Assembly: GCA_002269645.1 (NCBI GenBank)
Contig: NIVC01000859.1
Span: 310,001-374,000, forward strand
DNA from: Macrostomum lignano
Taxonomy: Eukaryota
Reading direction: 5' to 3'
DNA length: 64,000 nucleotides
The notes under the pieces were generated by a model. The model saw nothing but the letters and a program-made list of their open reading frames with translations, did not search any database and was not told the origin of the DNA. A program made the translations under genes and the position numbers. Of the stretch, positions 1-13,700 are shown piece by piece. Position 1 is the first letter of the stretch; each line of letters begins with the position of its first letter.

Positions 1-1763
1 AAGTCAGTTTGAGCTTATATAGGAAGAGCAGTTGACCTTGCGATCCTTGCGATCGTCTTAATTGGGCCGTTTCATAACTCCAGTCGTTATCAATTCATTT
101 TCCTAGCTCATATTATTGCTGATTTGTAGGTTGACAGAGCGATTGTAAGCCTAATTTTAGCAGAAATGAACAGACTAAGTTATGAGAGGAAGATGCCGTT
201 ATGAATAAAGAGAGCGTAGCCCTCTCTGACTTACAAAATCTCAACTCTGATGAATAAATGGAGCGGTGACTTCTAAGCAACAACCCTCTGGAGAATTGGA
301 TGAATGAACTAATGGCCATATACATGTAGATCAAAGCTTCTGAGCCGCAACTCTGAAAATAGTTAAGGCAATTCCATCTTAATTCATGTGTGTTCTTCAG
401 GCTGCAGTCTTTGTCTTCAGTTGTATAGGACTGATCGCTAATTCTGAGTCTCTGTGCATGTACATTAAAACCTGGTTTTGAGTTCTATAAGGCTAATTTT
501 ATTTATACGTACTGACCTTGAGCTGCTGTTCCCAAATTCAGAGAAAATTTAATTCTCAGACTTGAGCAACTTCAACTTGCGCCAGCACTATCTCAGAGTT
601 TGATGCGGAATTGCATGTACTCGCCATCCCTCACTAATGACTGTGTAGGTCGCGCGTTAAAGTCCGCCATGGCGCGGGCTGCGCGCGACAGCTTTTGCAT
701 GGCACGTGTGATCGAACCGCGCCCCTGCCACCCCTGCAGCCCATGGCATGAGGACAGTAAAATGATGGAGGAGATAGCTAAAAACTTTCTCTCCCCGTAA
801 TTAGCTAAATAAACTTGCACATCGGCCGGAGAGACTCCACCGATTTTTACGCTACGGGCCTAAGCTCGACCGTAGGCTCGTGCATGGCTACGGAAAAATG
901 TAGCCCGCGAGCATTGAAATTGTTCCATTGATATCGTAGAGTCGTATGTTCCATTTCAGTGTTCCATTGCTGTCGTAGAGAGAAGGTAGTGGATAGCCAA
1001 CAACAAAAATATTCGCTACACTTTTCCACACGGTCTATTAACGCCCCAAAGGTTTACGTTTAAGGACCACTGTATAGAGCAGTAGTCAGTAGAGCATAGC
1101 TGCTGCTATATATAGCATAGGCCCCTAGCATACATACAGATTGGTCAATAGTTTAACTTAGATGCCTGCAAAAAGCTATATAAAACGTTTCTGGATATCC
1201 CCGTGTAATTTTATTTTGTGATTTTTCTTTTTAGTTGCTAAAACTTTTTAGTTGTTGCTTTCAGTTGTTAAAACTAAAAGTAATAAGACAGAAAAGTAAC
1301 AGAAAAAATTATCGCACATAAAGAAGTCAGAAAGAAGCTGAGAAGCTAAAAGGAACATGTGATTTAGGTTACTTGACGACGAGGCCTCAGTCCACATAAA
1401 CACGAACATTTATTTCTCAAAGTTAAGGACCCTGACCAGTCATAGCTTATATAGTTAAAAAAGACTTTGTTTTAAATGAAAAAATGCAGGCGCAAATCCA
1501 AAAATCACGAAGTGCCGAGTTATTTTCTTTTTAAAGCAAATTTCAAGAGCTTAACTAATTATTTTAGATAAATTCAAAAAGCGGCAGATAAAATGACAAC
1601 TTAGAAAATATAAAAAATATAATCATTTTAGTTGCATAACTTTTAATCGTTTCGTCACTTACAAGTTACAAGCTATAATAGGTTTATAATTAATAATAAT
1701 TAATTACCAAATTAGGCCTCTTTTTATTTGGCTTGCAATCATAATGAGGCTTTCACCTTTGCA

Positions 1764-4700
1764 ATGAGCAGCGTTGTTGCTGTAAATCCTAACGAGGATG
1801 TACCAGATGGCCAAAGTAAGCTTTTTTTATTTTTAATTCATGCCTAGGCATACTTACCATGTTTAACTGTTTTTTATTTAATAATTGACTCTGAAGAGTG
1901 AAGGAAGTTCCAAACTTGTCTTAGTTTAGAAGTCTCTGGGTTAAAACAGGACAATCATACTAATGGAAAAAGAAACAGAGATAATGCCACTTGAAGTTTT
2001 AGGATAGAGAAATTACTAAATATGAGTAAATATTTTATTTATTTAATCTCCATTATCCCCTTTTGGCGATTTTCCTCTTTCGTTCGTTTAATTCCAACCC
2101 CCACCCCCCACCACCCTTGAATAGAGGGCGAAATAATTCCGGAAATAATTAAACAAACGAAAGAGGAAGATTGCCCCCCTTTTTCACATATTGACAGATA
2201 AGAGGAAAGGCAGGCAAAAGTTGAGGTGGCTGTCCCACTGACAAAAAACAGCCTAACTTTAAAATTGCACAGTGCTGTTCAGGATTAACTTTAAGACTCA
2301 AAATTTTACACAATTGTGTCAAAATAGTTGAAGATTGATTGTGTCAAATTTGAAGATCAGTAGAAGTAGGTGGCATTATAGGGGATTTAGTGAAAAAATT
2401 GCATATTTTAGGCCTAAGGCTCATTCCATATAAGCATGGTCGTAACATGACAGGTTATTTTTACTTATAAAATGAAATCTAATAATAGAATATACTAAAC
2501 CAATATTTTAAATGAAAGATTATTTTGTCTAGAATATATTTATAGAGTTTCATATAGATATCATCATTAGTATAGACGCTATTAAACCTTAAATGACACT
2601 TATGGTCGTAACGACAGGATTTTTGACATATAGAAACTAAAAGGTAAAAGTCTTATAACATTTTTCATTTTTGATATTTTGCAAAACATTTTTAAAATTT
2701 GACTACAAGAACATCTTTAGAAATCATACTCTTTTATTAGAATATATAAACTCAAAAGGCAACAAAGATACAAAAGAAAAGGCAGCCTTATGGTCGTAAC
2801 ATTATGGTCGTAACATATTTTTTTCTGTCAATTCAGTAACTTTGAGGTACTAATACATTAAAAATATAATAGATTATTTGGTCACCAATGCTTTTATCTG
2901 ATGATGCAAGTACTATACTTTTATCTATAGTTTGTTTCAACCTTCAAAAGCTTTCTATTTGTTTTTAAAAGGTACAAAATCTTAATGATGTCTTTTGCTT
3001 CGAAAAATGTCCAAATTTTTACAAAAATGACTTTTTGCCAATTGATAACATACTAATCCAACATTTTACCATTCCTTTATTCTTAGATTGTATATATTGC
3101 ACAATATAAACATTTGGTAAAAAAATAGGCTAATTAGGCAATGGCAAGCAAAAATATTGACTTTTTTCTATTTTCCAAATATGTCCATCTTATATGGAAT
3201 GAGCCCTAAGCTGTTTTTTGCACTTTTAGGTAGGAAGACTCAAATTTTATAAATTTAAAGATAGCCTAAGACATTTTCTACAGCGAGTTTAGACGGCGCA
3301 TGACCAAGATGGCCACATACCAAGATAGGGCCTAGCCACACACCAAGATGACTATAGCTCTAAGTGTCTAAATAGATATAAGATAATAATAAGCCTACGC
3401 CTATATATTTCACTTATTTCCTATTCACTATTAGTAATAATTAGAGAAATAGATAGGCCTACTAAAATATGCTATATTGGAATTGTATTATATTAGGCTC
3501 CTAGGCCTTAGTCATTGTCATTCCTTTGGCTTTAGCTTTTATTATAGCTTAACTTATAGATATTTATTCACCTATTGGCAATACCAATCACCAATATAAA
3601 TACCTTGCCTTGTTGTATATTTATCATAATTTTTGTATAGCATTACTAGTAGCAATGATTTCTTAATAAACAGATAGATAGATTTGATAAATGTAACAAT
3701 AGGGAATAAATTGGCATAGGCTAAACAGTGAAAAAGATAAAAGTTTTTGTATTATAAGTAATTAATTAGTTTCAAATCTATTATTGCATTAGTATTTATG
3801 AATATGATTGATTAAACATAATAATTAATATAACAATAGCTACTATGTTGCTAATTAATGATAAAAAGAGAGCAGAGCCAAAGATATTCAATGTTGTGGC
3901 CATCTTGGTCTTACACCGTTTAGACAGAGTGAGTGGGTGCAAAATTTGGTATAATTTGGTTGAACAGTTATAGAGTATAGCTATAGGCCTAATGAACAAA
4001 ATTATAACATATACATCATACATGCTTGGGTGCAAACTAGGGATTCACCTGGCCATTTCTATTGGCAACACATACATATAAGTCGCTATTGGACAGAATA
4101 TTGGTCACGTGACTACTCTCAGCCAATAGCAACTTATATATGTGTTACCAATGGAAATGGCCAGGTGATTCCCAAGGTTGCGCATGTATTACATCATATA
4201 TATAGATAGATAGACAGACAGAGTTTTCATTTTTATATGTAGAGATAATTTCATGACAATTCTTTCATTTCAAATTCCTATTGGAATATGTGTAAAAAAC
4301 CTATGGCTATAGTTGTATGCCAGCATGAAATTCTTGCATCTGGCATATAAAATAGATAATTGCGACTTTTTTTTGGCACACAATTTTATATTGAACCAAA
4401 CACAATTTTTACAATCTTAAAAAAAATTTAGTGGCACAATTTTTGGTATTACCAATTGTCAAAATAATGTTTTGCAATAGTCTCATATTCTTATTTTCAT
4501 ATGCCTCATTACAATAAATAGAAGACTGATTATCTTTGCTTTTTAAGTAAAAATTTTTAAATTTGAACAGTTTGTAAATAACAAACTATAAAATGTTATG
4601 TTTTTGTAGTAATTCTACATTTATTACTGTAAAGTCGGTAATTTAAACTGCAAACAGTCACAAAATAATTCGCAATTTTTATGGCATTTTTTGCAGCCTG

Positions 4701-7700
4701 TACAGGTGTGCAATTTTTTTGTATTGCGCAATTTTTGCAATTTTTTCCCAAACGCAAAAAGCAAAAGGATTTTTGCAATTTTCCTGCAAGAATTCTATCC
4801 TGGGTTGTATGGATATGCAACATTGGATCTAAAATTGTGCCTTAAAAATTTAATATGACATAGAACATGTTAACTTTAGCACCAAATATAGGTGCAATAC
4901 TAATTTGATAATAAGGCATTTAACTTTACTAAGATAATCATAGTTATTCTTGCCATTTACCTAAAACCACACCTTCCTACAATACTAATTGTAACCTATC
5001 CATCTTCAGCTATAATGTGATAGCAATACTGGAAAATTCCAAAGTTGTGACAGATAGTTGGATGCCTTTTGTCAACTTATACTAATAACCAATAGGGTTT
5101 CAAATGAAAATATAATTTAACAAACAAAAGAGGAAAATTGTTTAAATTTCTAGCAAATTTCAATAATTTTGAGCCTAGCATAATTGGTAATTAACAGTCT
5201 ATCAAGTAGCCTTGTGTATCATCATTTTAATTGGCATAATTTAGTACAAAGAGTTGAGGCCATCTTTCTACCTACTATAATTTGGTATAAAATTGGCTAA
5301 AGGGTCAGATCAAATATATATCATGTATATCAATAGACTAATAAAGAGTTATGATAGATAAATAAAGCATTGAAAGTCTAATTAATTATTCAATTTTTTT
5401 AACAGATGATAGTACATAAACAAAAAATTGTATACTTTCATTATCATATTTGTCAAAATGCTCTTAAAGTTAGTATATTAACTTAAATTTGAAAAAAAAT
5501 ACTTTTTTTCTGATGAAACATATGCACTTTTGTTATTGTTTGATACTTATTTAAAAATTATAGCAGGTTTTTATGCAAATTTGACTAAATTCACTTATTT
5601 AGTCATTTAGAATCATAAAATTATAGTATTAATTGCCTATTATGATTATTATGACTCTATTATGGCTATATTTTAATGATTACTATATGTTTTTAATTGC
5701 CATTAATAGGTATTGGACTAGGCAAAGTCTAGAAATTCCCATGTGACATAATAATAACTTTATTAAGGGCATTTGCCAAAATATTAACTTTATAATTTTA
5801 TATTATACTAATGATATTAGACTGCTTATGACCTAGTTATATGCAATAAAAAATAAACCATTTATAAATAAAACTGTTATTATAACTTAGTATATTTATA
5901 ATATATGACTTAGTGTATTTATAATGTAACAACATGATAAATTATATACTTTTGATAGTATATTATATAATTTTTCTTATTCTATGTCCAATAAGAAAAA
6001 TTTACATATTCATGTTTTTTGTTGTACTTATACAAAAAGTAGTGGCAAGGTATATCCTCTTCTAAGTCTAAAATACATTTATTTGCATCATAAAGTAATG
6101 CTATATAGTGGTAATGTAGCTCACTTTAAAATTAGCAAAAGAGCAAATGTCAAAACAAACATTTAATCTATTTAAACTGCCGACGCATTTCATCCAGAGC
6201 AGACATCTTCAGGGCAAATGAACCATCAAAAACACAAACAAGAATGTATTTAAATTAAATCAAAAAAATTGAGCGAACAAAAAACAGAAAGAATGAAAAA
6301 ACATGTACATGCTGTAAACCTTTAACTAACAAACCAATCAGTTAAGAGGGTGCACCCACCTCATCACCACGCAAACGAGATAAAAAATTCTGAGTTGTTG
6401 CTCTATACCTTTACTCACAAGCTGAACATTTAAGCTAGGATTGTACTTCCCAATGTATGCAGCCTCCAACAATTTTAGTTTTCTATCATTGTTACATCCA
6501 TCTATCACCTTGAACAACTGCATAGGCTCACAGTCACAACATGCCTTGCACATGAATAGGTGGTCTTTAATGGCCGAAGACCCAAGCCAGAAAGAAAGGT
6601 GAAAGGTGTCTGTTTTATAGGGCTTATATTGTTTGCAGTTCTTGGGTGCTCTTCCATCAGGAAGTCAGTTCTCTGACTAGAATCCTTAAATTAAATGGCT
6701 ATCCATTTGAGTTTGTTAGCCGTATTGTTAACAAGTTTGTTTCTGAAAAAGTGTCTAGTGTGCAACACGGGAAAGGTTTGGAGATGGACTCTTCGGTCTC
6801 GCTGATGATTTTACCATTTCTTGGGTCCACTTCGATTGATTTTAAAAAGAAGTTAGAAAAGAGGTTTTTTAGACTGCTCAATTGCAAAAATTAGAGTTGT
6901 GTTCAGGACTGAAAAGATTGCGCGCTACGCGAGCAGACTCAAATCTAGTGTTCCTCTCCCACTTAAGGCTGGTGTCGTCTATCAATTTCAATGCTCTGTT
7001 GATCAGGGTGTTTCCTATATTGGAAAAACTAAACAGCATCTGCACCAGAGGGTGAGGGAGCACTGGCTTGGGTCTTCAGCCATTAAAGAGCACCTATTCG
7101 TGTGCAAGGTGTGTTGTGACTGTGAGCCTATGCAGTTGTTCAAGGTGATGGATAGATGTAACAATGATAGAAAACTAAAATTGTTGGAGGCTACATACAT
7201 TAGGAAGTACAATCCTAGCTTAAACGTTCAGCTTGTGAGTAAAGGTATGGAGCAACAACTCAGAATTTTTTATCTCATTGTGCGCAGTGTTGAGGTGGGT
7301 GCACCCTCTTAACTGATTGGTTTGTTAGTTAAAGAAGGTTTACAGCATGTACATGTTTTTTCATTCTTTCTGTTTTTTGTTTGCTCAATTTTTTCAATTT
7401 AATTTAAATACATTCTCATTTGTGTTTTCGATGGTTCGTTTGCCCTGAAGATGTCCACTCTAGATGAAATGCGTCGGCAGTTTAAATAGATTAAATGTTT
7501 GTTTTGATGTTTGCTTTTTTGCTAATGCTATATACAAATTTGCATATATAAAGCTATTTATACTATCAATTATAAGACTTCAAAAATGTGCTAAGTGTAT
7601 GCCTGATCCTAAGTATGGTACTAAAGCTTAAGCCAAGGGTAACTCTTATGTCCATCATGTCAGGTTATTAATAGTTTTTAAACTTATTTTAATATAAAAA

Positions 7701-10700
7701 ATGTTTTCTTGTTATACTCATATTTCATTTTTTCATGTAAAAATTACAAACTATTTCATTTCAGTTTCTAGGTGCTAGATCAAAATACAAGGGTAACAAT
7801 AATCTTAAATCTTAATGCTTTTAATTATAATTGGTATAGTTCATTTGTTTTAACTATGTTAACAGATTTTGTTATGTTGACTTTAATTGGATGAAGGTTA
7901 ATATTTATTTCAACTTTGATTGTTTATAATAATATGGTATACAAAACATATACATATAGCTACATTATATTTAACAATGTTTCATATTAAACTGGTTTTT
8001 GCTATTTTTAATCCTAGCACAGATTTTGGTAAACTTTTTTTACCTTAAGTGCCTGTAGTTAGAGAACCTATGCATGACTGTAGTCTGAAAGGAAGGAAGA
8101 TAATGATAGGAGACAAGATAAAGTAGATAAGAAAAAAGAAGCTATAGAAAGACATACATTAAGCAGAATAGATTGTTTTTGTGAAATTTAAATGAACCCA
8201 ATGGGCAGATAGAGAGGCTTTGTAGGCTTTCTACTACCTGACTATTCAGAAAAAATAGAAAGTGGACTGTAAACATACCTATTTATAAATATCCAATGTG
8301 TTTTGAATTGAATATGAATATCATTTAGGTGTGCTAACATTCTTAATAGTTAAAACTGTTCCTAAAATCATTGCTGAGTAAATAGGTATCATTTTTTAAT
8401 AGTTTTTTTTTCGTAAAAATTTGTTACTTTTTTCCCTGGAAGTTTTAGAGTGATCTAATAATCATTTATTCAGCTAATTATTAGTCTTTGGCTAACCCAT
8501 TGGCAGTTTATAAATTAACTATGTCAGACTTTCATAACAAGTTTGTAACTAAGGAATAACATCTAAACAACTTGTAATAATGTGTAAATGATACTTTACT
8601 GCTATATTTTCTTGTTTGGCACCTTCCACCAGGGTACACGCCGTTACAAAACCAGCTGGGGCCGCAGCTCAGCCAGGAGCATCCCAGTCAGCAGTCTGCA
8701 GCCTATAAAGAGCGAGTTATTCATTTAAACCGTGCCGATGCTGAGGGCAGAGTGCAATTCCGGTCAAACTCAATCAGTACTACAAAATACACTGTGGTCA
8801 CGTTTTGGCCAAAGTTTCTATTTGAACAATTCCGCAAGGCTCCCAATGCATTTTTCTTTCTTATTGCATTGCTTCAGGTGAGTTGAAGTGCTTTTTTGAG
8901 ACCCTTTATTTCTAAGGAAAACAGAAATAACTTAGATATTTTTGATGAAATAAAATTATGATTTATAATTGACAGCAAATACCTGGAATATCGCCTACTG
9001 GGCGATTCACAACAGCAGTACCGCTCTCAATCATTATGCTGTTGACAGCCATCAAAGAGGTTGTGGAAGATTGGGTGAGTCCCGTTGGTCAGTTTTGTGT
9101 GCCTTATTTTATTTTCAATTGGGTTTTAAAATCTTGGTTTCATGCTTACAGTATATGGAATGGATCTAATTAAAGGGTGTCAGGGATCTGGGTGGTAATC
9201 TAGGGTGTCAGGGATCTGGGTGGTAATCTAGGGTGTCAGGGATCTGGGTGGTAATCTAGGGTGTCAGGGATTTGGGTGGTAATCTAGGGTGTCAGTGATC
9301 TGGGTGGTAATCTAGGGTGTCAGGGATCTGGGTGGTAATCTAGGGTGTCAGGGATCTGGGTGGTAATCTAGGGTGTCAGGGATCTGGGTGGTAATCTAGG
9401 GTGTCAGGGATCTGGGTGGTAATCTAGGGTGTCAGGGATTTGGGTGGTAATCTAGGGTGTCAGGGATCTGGGTGGTAATCTAGGGTGTCAGGGATCTGGG
9501 TGGTAATCTAGGGTGTCAGGGATCTGGGTGGTAATCTAGGGTGTCAGAGATCTGGGTGGTAATCTAGGGTGTCAGGGATCTGGGTGGTAATCTAGGGTGT
9601 CAGGGATCTAGGGGTAATCTGTAGAATAAAAAGCCTTAAGATATTGTACCCAGCAACTTATGAAAATTCCAAAATGATTTTAGAACCGCATGCGCACAGA
9701 CCGGCGGGTAAACAATTCTCGGACTAGGCTGCTGCGTCACGGCACTTGGCAAGCTGCCAAATGGAAGCAAGTTCAAGTTGGAGACCTGCTCATGGTTGAG
9801 AATAACTGCCTCCTGCCTGCGGATATCCTACTGCTGTCCAGCTCTGAGCCTAAGGGAATCTGCTATATTGAGACTGCAAACTTGGACGGCGAGACTAATT
9901 TGAAGGTGAGCGACTGGGTTTGGGGGATTTTGGGAAGTTTTTGAGAATTAAAGAAAGATAAAAAATTTTGAAAAGCTTTTACCAAGTTTTGGGGAATCGG
10001 GGAAGTTTTGGCTTTTGGGGATTTGAGGAAGTTTTGGGGATACGGGGGAAGTTTTAGGGAATTGGGGAATTTTTGAGGATTTTGAAGTCTTAGGAGTTGA
10101 AGGAAGCTTTAGGGTTAGAAGAAGTTTTAGCATTTGGGGTAGTTCTGGGGATTTGAGAAAGTTTTGGGGTATTTGAGAAAGATTTATGGATTTGAAAATG
10201 TTTTGGTGATTTTTGGGAAGTTTTAGAGATTAGGGGAAGTTTTGGGAATTTGGGGAAGTTTTGGGCATTTGGCGGATTTTGATTTTTGGGATGTTTTGGG
10301 CGTTTTGGAGATTTAAAATCATAATAAATGAGCTTTAAAGATTAAATAACTTTCTAAATTTTAATTTTACGATTTGCATTTCATTGTGTATTTTTAAGAT
10401 TCATTGATATTTAGAAAACACCGATATGTAGCGTAATTAACTTAATAGAGGGAAAATTTACACTTGCATATCTATCAGGTGCGCCAGTCTCTGCCGGCTA
10501 CTTCGGAGCACAAGCAGCCGTCTCAGCTGCACTCGCTGCAGGGCCAGCTGGTCTGCGAACCGCCTGATGATGACACCACCAAGTTCAAGGGATCTCTGTA
10601 TCTTGACCAGGTGCGATATCCGGTTAGCCTTAATCAGCTGCTCATGCGAGGCACATGTCTGAGGAAGACAAGCTACGTTATTGGCCTGGTAGTGTACACC

Positions 10701-13700
10701 GGAGCCGACACCAAAGTGATGAAGAACTCCAAGCCCGTGCCATTGAAGCGTTCCCGGGTTGAACGAGAATCGAATCGATATTTTCTGTTGTTGCTGCTTA
10801 TACTGGCCTTCTTCACTCTGTTTACCACCGTTGCAAATATGATTTGGACTAGCAGGGTTGGACCGTTCGCTTGGTATATCACTAACAATGGTGAGAGTGC
10901 TGTTGTTGACTCTTCTGTGTTAAAATTTATTATCGTAGAATCTATCATGAATCTACCATTCAAATCCATAAATCTACCATTAGAATCCATCAGTCTACCA
11001 TTAGAAACCATAAATCTACCATTAGAATCCATCAATCTACCATTAGAAACCATAAATCTACCATTAGAATCCATAGATCTACCATTAGAATCCATAGATC
11101 TACCATTAGAATCCATAGATCTACTATTAGAATTTATAAATCTACCATTAGAATCCATAGATCTACCATTAGAATCCATAGATCTACCATTAGAATCCAT
11201 AGATCTACCATTAGAATCCATAGATCTACTATTAGAATTTATAAATCTACCATTAGAATCCATAGATCTACCATTAGAATCCATAAATCTACTATTAGAA
11301 TCCAAAGATCTACCATTAGAATCCATAGATCTACCATTAGAATCCATAAATCTTACCATTGGAATCCATAGATCTGCTATTAGAATCCATAGATCTACCA
11401 TTCAAATCCATAAATCTACCATTAGAATCCATAGATCTACCATTAGAATCCATAAATCTTACCATTGGAATCCATAGATCTGCTATTAGAATCCATAGAT
11501 CTACCATTCAAATCCATAGATCTACCATTAGAATCCATAGATCTACCATTGGACTCTATAAATCTACCATTAGAATCCATCAATCTACCATTGGACTCTA
11601 TAAATCTAACATTAGAATCCATAAATCTACCAGTAGAATCCATAAATCTTACCATTGGAATCCATAAATCTACCATTAGAAGCCATAAATTTACCATTGG
11701 AACTCATAAATCTACCAGTAGAATCCATAAATCTACCATTAGAATCCATGAATCTTATCATTGGAATCCATAATAGACCATAAATCTACATTCGAACCTA
11801 TGAATCAAATAACAGTATCTAAAATATTATTTTAGTCATAATCTGTTATCCTATGACCAAAATATTATTAAATTATGATTACAGAAATCAGCGTGGGCCA
11901 CTTCGGAGCAGTACTGATCACCTGCTTCATTATGTTTCACACTATCGTGCCGATCTCACTGCAAGTGACTCTGGAGTTTATGCGAATATTTCAAGCCTAT
12001 TTTATACAATGCGTGAGTTTCGGCGACTAATTGTTGTGTTAGTCAGGGTTTTTATGCCTGTCTTAGTGCCTTAGTGTCTGTTGTTCTGTCTGTCTGTCTG
12101 TCTGTCGTTCTGTCTGCCTGTCTTAATTTCTGTCTTGGTTTTTCACAGCCAGTCTAGGTCCGCAACCCTCCCCCTCACAGGACCTGGACATGTACGATCC
12201 AATCGCGGACATCGCGGCCGAAGCGCGCACCTCCAGTCTAAACGAAGAGCTCGGCCAGGTGAACTTCATATTTTCGGACAAGACGGGCACCCTGACCCAG
12301 AACTCGATGGTGTTCCAGGGAGCCACAGTGGCCGGTAGAATGTACGGCGACGCGGTTAGCAACGGCGCCGGGGCGTACGAATTTGTGTCGGGCGTGAATT
12401 CAATGCGATCGGAGGCTGCTCAGGGTCAGAATAAAGACTTGGACGATTTTCTAAGCATTCTGACTGTGTGTCACACAGTTATACCCGAGCGGGACTCTCA
12501 CGACAATCTGCTGGAGTACAGCGCCAGCTCACCGGATGAGAGTGCTCTGGTCTACGCAGCCAAGGATATGGGATATGAGCTGTTTGAGAGGAGCTTAGAT
12601 ACCTTTGTCATTGTCAAAGTGGTGAGTGCTAGCTGGAGATATTTTATCGGCAATCAAAAAAGAAGCCCAATGATTAATTGCTAATCAACTAGTGCTGTTT
12701 TAATTTTATCTTCAGAATGGCGAAATGCGCAGATTTGAAGTGTTGGCCACCTTCGAGTTTACCAGCGATCGTAAGCGCATGTCTATGGTAGTGCGCTGTC
12801 CCAATGGAGCTATTCGCGTCTTCTGCAAAGGCGCCGTAAGTTTTCGGCGTAATCAACTGTGCTCAGTTCTCATCCAGCCAATCACAGATAATCTAGGGAT
12901 AGACTGATTCCAGTCAATCAGAGAGCGTTCAGGGATGGACTGGTTCCAGCCAATAAGAGAGCGTCTAGGGATAGACTGGTTCCAGCCAATAAGAGAGCGT
13001 CTAGGGATAGACTGGTTCCAGCCAATAAGAGAGCGTCTAGGGATAGACTGGTTCCAGCAATCGGAAAGCAGAGCTAGAACAAGTAGACGTCTGTTTTTTA
13101 CTTTTCGAGTGAGCTAATCGAAGACTTACGGCTCGTACTGTTGCAATGGCATGCCCTCTTTGCCCTTCTTGCAGGACTCGGTGATATTCTCTCGCCTTCA
13201 ATCGCCTCATCTGGTATCGGAAACAACGAATCACATGAGCAAATTCGCAATGGCCGGTTTGCGCACCTTGTGCATCGCTGTAGGCGATATGCCTCAATCT
13301 GAATGGTCCCGTTTGCATACTGAGTACGAAAATGCGCGCAACGATATTGAACGACGGGAGGCAAAACTGGCGTTGGTTGCAGAAAAACTTGAAAAGGTGA
13401 ATTTTTTAAGTGACGCACATATTTTTAACGATAAAATTGTCGGGGTGAGGTTGGTGTCTATCTATGGCCTCAGCCAATTAGATTGTCAGGAGTGAGGTTG
13501 GTGTCTATGGCCTCAGCCAATTAGATTGTCGCTAATGAGGTTGTGTCTATGGCCTCAGCTAATTAGATTGTCGCTAATGAGGTTGTGTCTATGGCCCTAG
13601 CTAATCAGATTGTCAGTAGTGAGGTTGGTGTCTATGGCCTCAGCCAATCCGACTGTCGGTAGTGAGGTTGGTGTCTATGGCCTCAGCCAATCCGACTGTC

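Larger units (their letters stand above)
6132..7525 (+). mobile_element. 5'-truncated Penelope-like element (PLE) with inverted partial pseudo-LTR, in flippase intron 1
   Basis: 6132-6590 is a diverged inverted copy of 7063-7525. The central part encodes PLE thumb, linker and GIY-YIG endonuclease. Each arm carries a hammerhead motif. This inverted arrangement is typical of PLE insertions. Confidence 0.9.

Noticed and set aside
113-1029. Short minus-strand ORFs (113-334, 593-820, 847-1029) in a GC-richer patch
   Set aside because: Stops in all frames, no recognisable motif and no coherent splice model. Possibly a decayed element.
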